Shown here piece by piece: positions 33,461 to 43,313 of a stretch of 64,000 nt of DNA. The first letter of the stretch is position 1; each line of letters begins with the position of its first letter. The translations under genes and the position numbers were made by a program. The stretch comes from an uncultured delta proteobacterium (GTDB lineage Bacteria; Desulfobacterota; WTBG01; CAIYCZ01). The stretch covers positions 30,911 to 94,910 of the forward strand of contig CAWDOY010000039.1 of NCBI GenBank assembly GCA_963803975.1. The letters run 5' to 3'. The notes under the pieces were generated by a model, which saw only the letters and a program-made list of their open reading frames with translations, searched no databases and was not told the DNA's origin.

Positions 33461-34864
33461 TCAAGCTTTCGGGTGCTTGCCCAGCCAGCAGTAGAGGCAC
33501 AGCTTCTCGCGCGGCAGGCCGATGGCCTCAACCATGTCATCCGCGGTCTGGTAGCGGAGCGTGGTAACGCCTAAATTTTTAGCAACCCGGCTCACCATCT
33601 TCCGGTATTTCTCCGATTTGTCATCCAGGTATTCTTCCATTTTAATCGGCTTATCTCCCTCAAGCTCCTTGATGGCCTGCCAGGCAGCAAGCTCGTGACT
33701 GCTGCGCGTTGACAGGTTGAAGCGGCAGGGATACATCAGCGGCGGACAGGATGCCCGCACATGAACCTCGCGCGCGCCGCAGTCCCAGAGCTTTTTTATG
33801 GTAAAATTTTTGAGCTGGGTGCCGCGCACAATCGAGTCCTCGCACACCACAATGCTCTGGCCTTCAATTATTTCCTTAATGGCAATGAGCTTCATCTTTG
33901 CAATCAGGTCGCGGGTGTCCTGGGATGGCGGGGTGTAGCTTCTTCCGTAACCGGGAGTGTATTTTACCAGAGGCCGGCGGAAGGGCTTTCCTGACTCCAT
34001 GGCATAGCCTATGGCATGGGAGGTGCCGGAATCCGGGATGCCCGCTGCTATATCCACCGTGATATCTTTATCCCGGCGGGCCAGCGCCCGGCCGCAGCGC
34101 TCGCGCACCACTTCAACGTTTATCCCCTCATAATTGGAAGCAGGGAACCCGGTGTAAATCCAGAGAAACGAGCATATCTGCTGCACGCCGCCGCCGGCTT
34201 TGCGCTGCACCATGCCGCTTTCGTTCAGGAGAACGATTTCTCCCGGCTCAAGGTACTTCACGATGGTGAAATCATTATTGATTAAGGCAATAGTCTCGGA
34301 GGTGACTGCCCACGCATCATCGCGCCTGCCCACCACCAGCGGCGAATAGCCGAACCGGTCGCGGGCAGCGTAAATGCCGTCCTTGTGCAGCAGCAGCAGC
34401 GAGCAGGAGCCGGAGATCATGTCAAACATCTTCTCAATGCCGCCAATTATGTCTTTGCCCTGGCTGATGAGCTTGGCAATCAGCTCGGTCACATTTGCCG
34501 CGCCCTTGCTCACCTCGCTGAAGGTGATGCCGTTCTGCATCAGGTCATTGGCCAGGGCTTCGGCATTTTCTATGATGCCGTCGGTTGCAATGCAGAAGGG
34601 GCCGAAGCGGGATTTCTGATATATCGGCTGCTCGTCAAGGGCGCTGATGACGCCGATGCCCATGGTGCCCTTCATGCGGAGGTAATCTTCGTAGAATTTT
34701 GCCTTGAACTGGCTCTGGCTGATGTTGTGGATCTGGCGTTCAAACTGCTCGCCGAGGACGGCAAGGCCGCCGTACTCGGTCCCGAGATGCGAGTGATAGT
34801 CAGTGCCGTAAAAAAGCGTCTGCAGACAATCGTTTTTAGAAGCTACCCCGAAAACGCCGCTCAT
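33461..34864 (-). CDS. purF: amidophosphoribosyltransferase (variant starting MSGVFG)
   Basis: ARDRFG..PL, AGIPDSG, EDSIVRGT, GAREVHVR..CPP, LCLYCW; GGAGG RBS before ATG 34864. Confidence 0.9.
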   Translation of the reverse strand: MSGVFGVASKNDCLQTLFYGTDYHSHLGTEYGGLAVLGEQFERQIHNISQSQFKAKFYEDYLRMKGTMGIGVISALDEQPIYQKSRFGPFCIATDGIIENAEALANDLMQNGITFSEVSKGAANVTELIAKLISQGKDIIGGIEKMFDMISGSCSLLLLHKDGIYAARDRFGYSPLVVGRRDDAWAVTSETIALINNDFTIVKYLEPGEIVLLNESGMVQRKAGGGVQQICSFLWIYTGFPASNYEGINVEVVRERCGRALARRDKDITVDIAAGIPDSGTSHAIGYAMESGKPFRRPLVKYTPGYGRSYTPPSQDTRDLIAKMKLIAIKEIIEGQSIVVCEDSIVRGTQLKNFTIKKLWDCGAREVHVRASCPPLMYPCRFNLSTRSSHELAAWQAIKELEGDKPIKMEEYLDDKSEKYRKMVSRVAKNLGVTTLRYQTADDMVEAIGLPREKLCLYCWLGKHPKA

Positions 34865-35027
34865 GGCTGTCCTCCCGTCTGGTTTTTGATGGGCTGGTTT
34901 AGTAAGAAGCCGTGACAATAGCAGAGGAGAAACAGAAAATCAAAGCAAAGTTTGCCGCGCAGCAAATAAATCCGTTGCTTTTATGGAGGGATATTTATAA
35001 ATTGGCAGTTATAGAAAGGAGAATACT

Positions 35028-35765
35028 ATGGCACACAAATCACTCACCCAATTCTGTTTTGAAACACTGGCAAAAGAGATAAAACTGGAGAAAGTCACCG
35101 GTCTGGAGGACATTGAAAAGGTGAAGCTCTTGAGCGGCGAGGATGGGGGCGGCATCAGGCTCTACAAGGCGGACAAGATTGCTAAAGTCTCCCTGGTTGA
35201 TTTCAGATACGCAAGCGGCGTTCCCATCCCCCATCATGACAACGAGCTTTCGGTGGGCGCTGAGATATTTCAGATACTGCCTGATTTTTCCTATAAGCTT
35301 CCGATCTGGGGGATTAATTCGGTCATCTTCAAGGACGGCAGGTATAACTTTGACACAGACCTGTCATTTGGCTTTGACCTGGTGATGGATTATGCCTTTA
35401 CCATGAAATACCTGGAGCCGTTTGATGCGCTGCACAAAAAGTTTTTGACCCACAAAGACTTCCACATGGTGACCATGGATAAGACCACCACCTGGGTGCG
35501 GACCTATATTTCACCGGTTTTTGTCATCGCGGAAACGCGGGTGGAGAAAATGGACATGGTATTTGAGCTGTGCGCGGAGTTTATAAAGCTCTGGGTGAGG
35601 ATGTACAATGAGGCGGAAAAGGTTGATGACGCGTTTAAAGAGAAACAGAAGCAGCGCATAAAATGCCAGTATGACGGCATGCGGCAGACTGACCGGATGG
35701 GGAAAATTCTCCTGGGAGTATATGGCAAGGATACGTTTGCGAAATTTTTTAAGGCAATGGCGTAA
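35028..35765 (+). CDS. ferredoxin-dependent bilin reductase / RCC-reductase-fold protein (divergent)
   Basis: P..SYKLPIWG, DL...KYLEP, WVRTYISP, D....IL...YG pattern; AAGGAG RBS. Confidence 0.6.
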   Translation: MAHKSLTQFCFETLAKEIKLEKVTGLEDIEKVKLLSGEDGGGIRLYKADKIAKVSLVDFRYASGVPIPHHDNELSVGAEIFQILPDFSYKLPIWGINSVIFKDGRYNFDTDLSFGFDLVMDYAFTMKYLEPFDALHKKFLTHKDFHMVTMDKTTTWVRTYISPVFVIAETRVEKMDMVFELCAEFIKLWVRMYNEAEKVDDAFKEKQKQRIKCQYDGMRQTDRMGKILLGVYGKDTFAKFFKAMA

Positions 35766-35857
35766 TTAAGTGAAAAGTAAAAAGTGTGAAAGCTGAAAAG
35801 TCACAACACTTGAAATCTTAAACTTGAAACTTAACGCCCCGAACTTTAAACTGTTAT

Positions 35858-36689
35858 TTAGCTTTGAATAACCGCTTCAATTTCTGTATTCAGGCAGTAC
35901 GGCTGATCAAGGGCCTTTCCCTCAGCGATAATCTTTTTGTTCTCAAGCTTTATCCTTCCCTCGGCAAACGCCTTCACGGTCTGCACCACCAGCGGTATTT
36001 CACGCCGCGCTCCCTCCTGCCGGATTTTTGCAAAGAGCGGGTTCTGCTCCCCTTCCTTTTTCACGATCTCTGCCAGCATTTTATGCTTAAGCTTTTTTTC
36101 CATCTCCTGCCACAGGGGGTCAAACTCCGGCCCGCGTATGGGGAATGTGCAGTAGGTGATAGGCGGCCCCTTGTCAAGCTCCTTTGTCACCAGGTGCATC
36201 ATGTTGCCGCTCTCCTGCGCCCGCTTATGTATCAGCAGCCAGATCACCTCCTGCCAGGTGCCGGCCGGCCCATTGGGCGCTGCCGGGTGGAGGTTTATCA
36301 TATCATGGATTTCACATATCTCCTCGCCCACGACGAGCATGTAGCCGGCAAGCACAATAATATCAGCCTTCACCCCTTCCATGCGTTTCATGACTTCCCG
36401 GTCATAGGCAATGCGCCACTGCTTCATTGCCGCGGGGTCTGCCTTTCCCGCGCTTCGCAGGTCAGGCATGAATTTTTTTGATGAGAACGAAATAAGCGGG
36501 ATGCCGTAATCCTGCACCTGTTTGATATACCGGTCGCTGCCTTCTGCTTCGCCCTGCTCCCTGCTGCAGACGACAAAAGCAATGTTCAGCGTTTACCTCT
36601 CCGTCACTGATGGCCTTCACCATCGCATTGAGAAGGTTCATGGAACCCTGGCCCCGGCCCGTGGAAAACCATCCGATCTTATAGGTCAT
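35858..36689 (-). CDS. purN: phosphoribosylglycinamide formyltransferase (frameshift ~36575)
   Basis: GWFSTGRG.GS, IVLAGYM, INLHP, HLVT.ELDKGP. Confidence 0.88.
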
Positions 36690-36791
36690 GGATCTATCCT
36701 CATACGGTGTTGCGGATTATTATTGTTACTGCCGGTGTCTATGCATACTGTATCCTCTATAACACTGCAGCGCGGCAAAGGTACAGTATTT

Positions 36792-36828
36792 AAAAAAAGG
36801 GCAGGGCCACTTTCGTGACCCTGCCTTT
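36792..36828 (-). terminator. rho-independent terminator
   Basis: Minus strand AAAGGCAGGGTCAC-GAAA-GTGGCCCTGCCC followed by T7. Confidence 0.8.
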
Positions 36829-36862
36829 AGAAACTAGTCTGTATGCTTTCGAAATGTCTTGT

Positions 36863-37902
36863 TTAAGAAGCCCTTTGTAATAACAAATGGAATAGATACC
36901 ACATCGCGGACAGTTCACATTATAGGTGACCGGGCTTTAGACCCAGTAACAGTATAGCCCGCCTGTTATGGTATTCCCGACTACTTCAGCAGGAAAAAAT
37001 GAGTAGCATTAGGTGTATCGAATATTAAGATCATCACCGGTAATGCCAAGGGCTTCTAGATCAATATTAAAGGTAAAGGTAAATCTTTGGATCCGCGGTA
37101 ATATGCCAAAGCCAACTCTCACCGTGCTCGGACTAATGCTCTTAATTTGACACTCTGGCGCTGCAGTTGATGTAATGGTAAATGTTGTCTCACAGTTGAT
37201 CGTTCCAGAAGTATTTTTTGCTATAAGCTTGCATTCGCTGGTGGCCGCATCACCTTTAACCGTGATATTTACCGTTCCCTCAGCCTTATTGACCGGAAAT
37301 TGCATAATTTCCCGTATTGACGGTTATATACTGAGAGCAAGCATCAGAGAAGCTGACTTCAAGACCCTCCAGATCAGCCTCAGTCAAGCCTTCTGCATCT
37401 ATCGTAACCTTTACATCCTGGGTTACGTCAGTCGTACCATCAACCTCGATCTCAGCAGGATCAATAGTGAGGATACATCCGGCTGGCGCTGTAGTAGTAG
37501 TTGTTTCGCTCGGAGTAGTAGTTGTTGTTTCAGTAGTTGTAGTAGCTGGCGTTGTCGTTGTGGTGTTAGCCGGAGCACAGGTAGGTATGACATCCCAGAC
37601 ATGATTGTTTAGTGATTTCCATGGCGGCAGCAGCAATCAAGGACAAAGTCCCGTGTTGCCTCTCGGATGACATACTGATACATGCAGATGATTCATACAT
37701 TTTTACCAGGTGCTCCACCGGGATGGCAAGTAGCCACAACTACTATAGCTGCATGCAGCAGTATGCAGTCCTGTACCTGGTGGTTGCAGGATGGCATGTT
37801 AAACAGCCCTGGTTAACGTTTGTTCCAGGCAAATCCTGCCTGGGGGGAAAAGAGCAGCATGGCTGCACAGATTAAAAACATCGTGGTAACAAGTTTTTTC
37901 AT
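36863..37902 (-). CDS. secreted multiheme c-type cytochrome domain + Thr-rich linker + Ig-like domains (many indels; end approximate)
   Basis: GGAGG RBS, MKKLVTTMFLICAAMLLFSPQAGFA signal; intact CLTCH (37791-37805) and CLGCH (37587-37601), two more CxxCH after one-base correction; TTTTPATTTTETTTT linker. Confidence 0.65.
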
Positions 37903-38147
37903 TGGGTCCTCCTTCTTAATAATTAATTATATATGCCTTAGTTGCTGTTGCCTGTATATTAATGCGCGATATTAATCGATATTGATTAATAATGCTATAC
38001 CGGATATCGCGTTAAAACTATTGGTTTTTTTCTGGCTTGTTAATGGGTTACTATAGGTAGATTGATATTTAAGATATTTGCATACTAAAATTATAATGTC
38101 AAATTTTTTTAACAGTTTTTTTAACAGATTTTTTCATAGTGACCTGT

Positions 38148-39230
38148 TTACACGTTAAACCGTATATTCAAAATGTCGCCGTCCTCCACAATATAGTCTT
38201 TTCCCTTGGTATAATATTTCCCGGCATGCTTGAGCTGGGCTTCTGTTTTATGCTCCATCAATTCATCAAACTTCATGACTTCCGCCCGGATAAATCCCCG
38301 CTGCAAATCGGAATGTATTGCACCTGCAGCCTCCGGCGCGGAGGAACCGGCCCGTATCAGCCACTGCCGCACCTCATCTTCCCCCACGGTAAAAAATGAC
38401 ATCAGGCCCAGAGCGGTTATGCAGCGCCGGGTGAGCATATCAAGCGCCGGCTCCTTTATGCCCAGGGCCTGCAGAAATTCGCTTTTCTCCGCTTCGGTTT
38501 CAAGGCCCGCTATTTCCGCTTCAACCTTCACCGCCACCTGGATAAAATCTATGTTAAGCGGCGCATAGGTTTCCTGCAGCTCGTGCAGGAGCTGCTCGTT
38601 CTGCACATCAGCTTCAGAACTATTAAGTACGACTATCATTTCTTTTAAGGTAATAAACGGATAGCTGGCGATAATTTTTTTCTCTTCTTCCGACAGCTCC
38701 AGCAGCCGCAGGGGGAGCTCTTTTTCCAGCTGGGGTTTCAGCTTTTCCAGGAGCGCCTTCTCCTGATGCAGGCGCTTGTCCTGAATCTTCTTAATGTCTT
38801 TTTCAATTCTCTCCAGGCGCTTTTCGACAAAAATCATGTCGTTTAAAATCAGCTCCGCGTTAACGCTCTCAATATCCCGGCGCGGGTCAACCGAGCCGCT
38901 CACGTGATAGATCGAGTCATCCTGAAACGCCCTTACCACGTGACACACTGCATCCACATCAGCAATGTCTTTAAAAATATTTCCCTCCACAATCGATTCT
39001 TTTTCTATGGTGGGGAGAAGCGACAGGTCAACCTTCGGCCGAGCCTGTTTTCTCGGCGCGTACATTTTAACCAGGACTTCAAACCGCGGGTCTTTTATTT
39101 CAGCGCTGCCGACCAGTGTTTTTCTCGCGTCAGCCGTGCGTTCCATCCCATGCCCGGCGGTTAAAATCTTAAACAAAGTTTTTTTGCCTGTCTGCGGCAG
39201 GCCGATAATACCGACTTTCATATTCTTCAT
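38148..39230 (-). CDS. ychF: redox-regulated Obg-family ATPase YchF
   Basis: GIIGLPQTGK, HVVRAF, FFTVGEDEVRQW, AAGAIHSDLQRGFIRAEV, GKDYIVEDGDI..IRFNV. Confidence 0.93.
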   Translation of the reverse strand: MKNMKVGIIGLPQTGKKTLFKILTAGHGMERTADARKTLVGSAEIKDPRFEVLVKMYAPRKQARPKVDLSLLPTIEKESIVEGNIFKDIADVDAVCHVVRAFQDDSIYHVSGSVDPRRDIESVNAELILNDMIFVEKRLERIEKDIKKIQDKRLHQEKALLEKLKPQLEKELPLRLLELSEEEKKIIASYPFITLKEMIVVLNSSEADVQNEQLLHELQETYAPLNIDFIQVAVKVEAEIAGLETEAEKSEFLQALGIKEPALDMLTRRCITALGLMSFFTVGEDEVRQWLIRAGSSAPEAAGAIHSDLQRGFIRAEVMKFDELMEHKTEAQLKHAGKYYTKGKDYIVEDGDILNIRFNV

Positions 39231-39322
39231 TCCTTTTCAACTGATAGCTGCTACGATTCTTACCTGGATACATCTGAGGTGAGGATTTTTATCTCAGGCT
39301 GTTTCAGAAACAGGGCATCCTG

Positions 39323-39397
39323 CTGTAGGAGCGGCTTCAGCCGCGAAACCATCCGTTCGACTGCGCACGACAGGCGCGCATAAATGCGCTCCTACAG
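39323..39397. repeat. GTAG-type REP doublet
   Basis: CTGTAGGAGCGGCTTCAGCCGCGA at the left and inverted GCGCATAAATGCGCTCCTACAG at the right. Confidence 0.75.
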
Positions 39398-39402
39398 AAA
39401 TA

Positions 39403-40200
39403 TCAAATATCCTGGGCTTGTGCTTTTTCTATAAAAGCTCTAACTGCTTCATTGAATTCCCGGGGCTTCTCCAGCATGGCCATATGGCCGGCGCCGGGGA
39501 TTATTTTCAGAAGCGCCTGCGGCATGAGCCCGGAAAGCTCTTCTGCGTCTGCGGCTGGGGTTATCCGGTCATCACTGCCGCAGAGTACCAGCGCCGGCAC
39601 TGAAAGCGTTGCAGCCCACGGCCTGCTGTCAAAGGCTTTATACGCACACAAATCGCTGTACAGCGCTGCGGGACCATTACGGGTAAGCATCTTACCGCCC
39701 TGCGCAGATACCGCGTCTGCTGTGCCGGGAGCATATGCTGCCAGACAGGATGCTTTGACTGCTGCCGAAAAATTATGCCTGAGCGTTTTCAGATACTCGG
39801 AAGCGATGGTCGCATGCGTACCGGTTCCCGCCAGAATAAGCCCCGCCACTCTGTGCGGAAACGCGCGGCTGAACTCCTGTGCCACGGCGCCGCCGAGAGA
39901 GTGGCCGGCGAGAAAAAAAATCCCCATCTCCAGCCCCCGGGTAAATGCATCAAGCCACAGGGCATAATCTTTTGCAGATGAGCGCAGCGGGCCGTCTGAC
40001 CGCCCGTGCCCGGGAAGGTCGGGGGCAATCACCGGGATGTTTTCGCTGAGCTGCTTCTCCCAGACCGAGCTGTCACCGCCTGAGCCGTGGAGCAGTATCA
40101 GTATATGCCTGTCTGCAGCTGTTTGGTCTTTATTGGTGCGATAAAAATAGCGTGCTGCTCCAATTCTTATATGCGGCATTAACCCTATCCTGTCGAACAT
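39403..40200 (-). CDS. alpha/beta hydrolase
   Basis: LLHGSGG, DLPGHGRS, GHSLGG, GSDDRITP, AGHM. Confidence 0.93.
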   Translation of the reverse strand: MFDRIGLMPHIRIGAARYFYRTNKDQTAADRHILILLHGSGGDSSVWEKQLSENIPVIAPDLPGHGRSDGPLRSSAKDYALWLDAFTRGLEMGIFFLAGHSLGGAVAQEFSRAFPHRVAGLILAGTGTHATIASEYLKTLRHNFSAAVKASCLAAYAPGTADAVSAQGGKMLTRNGPAALYSDLCAYKAFDSRPWAATLSVPALVLCGSDDRITPAADAEELSGLMPQALLKIIPGAGHMAMLEKPREFNEAVRAFIEKAQAQDI

Positions 40201-40279
40201 CAGGCCGTAAGCTTTCAGTTATCAAATGTTAGGCAAATTTTACGCTGATCGCTGACCGCTGAAACCTGACAGCTTTTCC

Positions 40280-42943
40280 TCAATGCACCTCGCTCCAGTT
40301 GTTTCCCCAGCTTATATCAACCTTCAGCGGCACTGACATTTCCAGAACCCCTTCCATCTCGGACTTAACCAGATCACGCAGTCTTTCTATTTCCTGTTCC
40401 GGCGCTTCGAAGATGAGCTCATCATGCACCTGCAGGATCATTCTGCCGGTGAACTGCTCCCGCCGCATCCGGTCATTTATGCGGATCATGGCAACCTTGA
40501 TGAGGTCCGCAGCAGTGCCCTGTATGGGCGCATTAATTGCGGTGCGCTCGGCAAATTTCCGGGCGGTCACATTGCCTGACTTGATTTCCGGCACATAACG
40601 GCGCCGGGAGAGAAGCGTTGCCACGTACCCTCGCTCCTGCGCAGACGTGATCACCTGGTCAATGTAATCCTGCACCCCCTTGTATTTGCGGAAATAGTCA
40701 TCGATATAGGCCTGGGCAAGCCGCGGCTCGATATCAAGCTGCTGGGAAAGCCCGAAGGCGCTCATGCCGTAGACAATGCCGAAATTAATTACCTTTGCCT
40801 CGCGCCGCATCTGCGCGGTAACGTCTTCAGGCTTAACGCCCCAGATTTCAGCAGCAGTGCGGGTATGGATATCCTGGTCATGCACAAACGCATCAATCAG
40901 GGTTGTGTCGCGGGACAGGTGGGCAAGGATGCGCAGCTCAATCTGCGAGTAGTCTGCAGAAAGCATTTTCCAGCCGGGCTCGGTGATGAACGCTGCCCGG
41001 ATTCTTTTTCCCTCATCAGTGCGGATGGGTATGTTCTGCAGGTTCGGCGCGCTGCTGCTCAATCTGCCGGTGGCGGTCACGGTCTGGTTGTAGGAGGTGT
41101 GGATGCGGCCGGTTGCCGGGTTGATGAGCTCCGGCATGCTGTCAATGTAGGTTGATTTAAGTTTGGAGAGCGTGCGAAATGACACGATTTCAGCAGGCAG
41201 CGGGTGCACTTTAGCCAGGCCGGTGAGCACCGAGATGTCGGTTGAATAGCCGGTCTTGGTCTTTTTAGCGCCGGGGAGCTTCAGCTTTTCAAACAGTATC
41301 TTCCCCATCTGCTGCGGGGAATTGATATTAAACTCCTCTTCCGCAAGCTGATAGATTTTATCGGTTGTTGACGCAAGGGTTACTGCATACTCTTCGGACA
41401 GCTGTTTGAGCAACGCCGCGTCAATTCGTACGCCGGCCATCTCCATGTCTGCCAGCACCTCCAGGAGCGGCAGCTCCACTCCGGTATAGAGCTCATCAAA
41501 GCCGTCTTCCCGCAGCTTTGGCAGCAGCATCTTTGATACAATAAAGGTGATGTCTGAGTCTTCACAGGCATAGTCCTTAGCAGCCTCCAGGGGAACCAGA
41601 TCAAAGGTTACGGCATTTTTCCCGCTGCCGGTTACCTCTTTAAACGTGGTCGTGCGGTAGTCAAGGTAATCCATGGCAATATCATCAAGGTTGTGGTTGT
41701 GCTTGGAGGGGTTAAGCAGATAGGAAGCGATCATGGTGTCGCAGTAGATGTTGCGCAGGGTTATGCCGCAGCGCTTGAATATAATATATTCATACTTTAT
41801 GTTCTGCCCTATCTTCTTCAGGCTCGCGTCTTCGAGCAGGGGCTTCAGCTCTTGTAATAATTCCTCCCGTTCAACCTGGCGCTCCACATTTTTGTGGGCA
41901 ACCGGGATATAAAAGGCCTCATGCTCCTGAAAGGCGAATGAGATGCCCACCATTTCAGCGCGCATGGGATCTTCTGATGTTGTCTCAAGATCAAGGGCAA
42001 AGCTGCCCTGCTCTCGCAGGCGCAAAAAGAGCTGCCGCACTTCCTCCATGGTGGTGAGGAGATGATAGGTTTTTCCCGCAGCCTGCTCCCGGGGGAGGTT
42101 TTTAAGAAGCCGGGTGAACTCAAGACGCTTGTAAAGCCCGCGCAGCGCTTCTGTGTCAGGTGAGCCGCTATGCAGCTCGGTCCAGCGGCGCTCAAGAGGA
42201 ACGCAGGTGTCAATCGTCACCAGCTGGCGGCTTAAGAACGCCTGCTCTTTATGGGTGAGCAGGGTTTCGCGCACTTTCTTTTTCGTGACGTTATCCAGAT
42301 TCCGGTAGAGATTTTCAATGCTGCCGAACTGCTGTATCAGTTCAATGGCGGTCTTGTCGCCGACGCCGGGAACTCCCGGCACATTATCCACGCTGTCTCC
42401 CATCAGGCCGAACACTTCTATTGCTTTATCAGGCGTGACGCCGATCTTTTTTTTAACCGCCTCCTCATCAACGAGCACGTCCTTCATGGTATCAAACAGG
42501 GTGATATGCTGCGTGACCAGCTGATACAGGTCCTTGTCCCCGGTAATAATGGTCACGTCTGCCCCGTCTGCTTCAGCCTGCCGTGCCAGGGTGCCGATAA
42601 TATCATCAGCCTCATAGCCCGCCTTCTCAATCACCGGAATATTAAAAGCCGCGATAACTTCCCTGATAAGAGGAATTTGCGCTGCCAGGCTGTCGGGCAT
42701 TTTCGGCCGGTTGGCCTTGTAGCTTTGATAAACCTCATGCCTGAAGGTGGGGCCCGGCGCATCCAGCACCATAGCCAGGAGAGAAGGCTTATAATCATGT
42801 ATAAGCCGTTGCAGCATCGTGGTGAATCCATAGACCGCGTTGGTTGGTATGCCGTCAGAGGTTGAAAGCTGGGGCAGGGCGAAAAACGCCCGGTAGATAT
42901 AGGAGCTGCCGTCAACGAGAATGAGTTTGTTATTTTTAGTCAT
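40280..42943 (-). CDS. polA: DNA polymerase I
   Basis: LVDGSSYIYRAF, 3'-5' exonuclease DLET, TATGRLSS..PNLQNIP, ADYSQIELR, AK.INFG..YG, LQVHDEL. Confidence 0.99.
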   Translation of the reverse strand: MTKNNKLILVDGSSYIYRAFFALPQLSTSDGIPTNAVYGFTTMLQRLIHDYKPSLLAMVLDAPGPTFRHEVYQSYKANRPKMPDSLAAQIPLIREVIAAFNIPVIEKAGYEADDIIGTLARQAEADGADVTIITGDKDLYQLVTQHITLFDTMKDVLVDEEAVKKKIGVTPDKAIEVFGLMGDSVDNVPGVPGVGDKTAIELIQQFGSIENLYRNLDNVTKKKVRETLLTHKEQAFLSRQLVTIDTCVPLERRWTELHSGSPDTEALRGLYKRLEFTRLLKNLPREQAAGKTYHLLTTMEEVRQLFLRLREQGSFALDLETTSEDPMRAEMVGISFAFQEHEAFYIPVAHKNVERQVEREELLQELKPLLEDASLKKIGQNIKYEYIIFKRCGITLRNIYCDTMIASYLLNPSKHNHNLDDIAMDYLDYRTTTFKEVTGSGKNAVTFDLVPLEAAKDYACEDSDITFIVSKMLLPKLREDGFDELYTGVELPLLEVLADMEMAGVRIDAALLKQLSEEYAVTLASTTDKIYQLAEEEFNINSPQQMGKILFEKLKLPGAKKTKTGYSTDISVLTGLAKVHPLPAEIVSFRTLSKLKSTYIDSMPELINPATGRIHTSYNQTVTATGRLSSSAPNLQNIPIRTDEGKRIRAAFITEPGWKMLSADYSQIELRILAHLSRDTTLIDAFVHDQDIHTRTAAEIWGVKPEDVTAQMRREAKVINFGIVYGMSAFGLSQQLDIEPRLAQAYIDDYFRKYKGVQDYIDQVITSAQERGYVATLLSRRRYVPEIKSGNVTARKFAERTAINAPIQGTAADLIKVAMIRINDRMRREQFTGRMILQVHDELIFEAPEQEIERLRDLVKSEMEGVLEMSVPLKVDISWGNNWSEVH

Positions 42944-43128
42944 GGTTGGGAAAAGTTTTTATGATTACCGGTGATGACCAGTAGTATCACAAGTACGGTT
43001 GCGAGGTCAAATGAACAGAAAAAGCTCTGCCGCGGGCAGCCGCTGCTTTCAAGACGGTAGGGATGACCGGTGACAGCTGCACATTGCTTATTCTTTTGAA
43101 TTTCCCGGGCTGAACAGGTAGAATATAG

Positions 43129-43279
43129 CAGGCTGTTGAAAAACACCCATCTGCTGCGTTACGCTCATCCTTCGTCATTGCGACGTACTGGAAAGTACGA
43201 CTCATTCCTCAGGATTTCGCGCGCCTTGCATCCGGATGTTTTTGACCAGCCTGGAAAAGATTACTTTTTGAACAGCCTG
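43129..43279. mobile_element. 151-bp MITE-like element
   Basis: Terminal inverted repeats CAGGCTGTTGAAAAA / TTTTTGAACAGCCTG (14/15 match), flanked by direct ATAG (43125-43128 and 43280-43283). Confidence 0.8.
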
Positions 43280-43313
43280 ATAGTTATTATACCCCACAAC
43301 CAAAGGGCATGGC

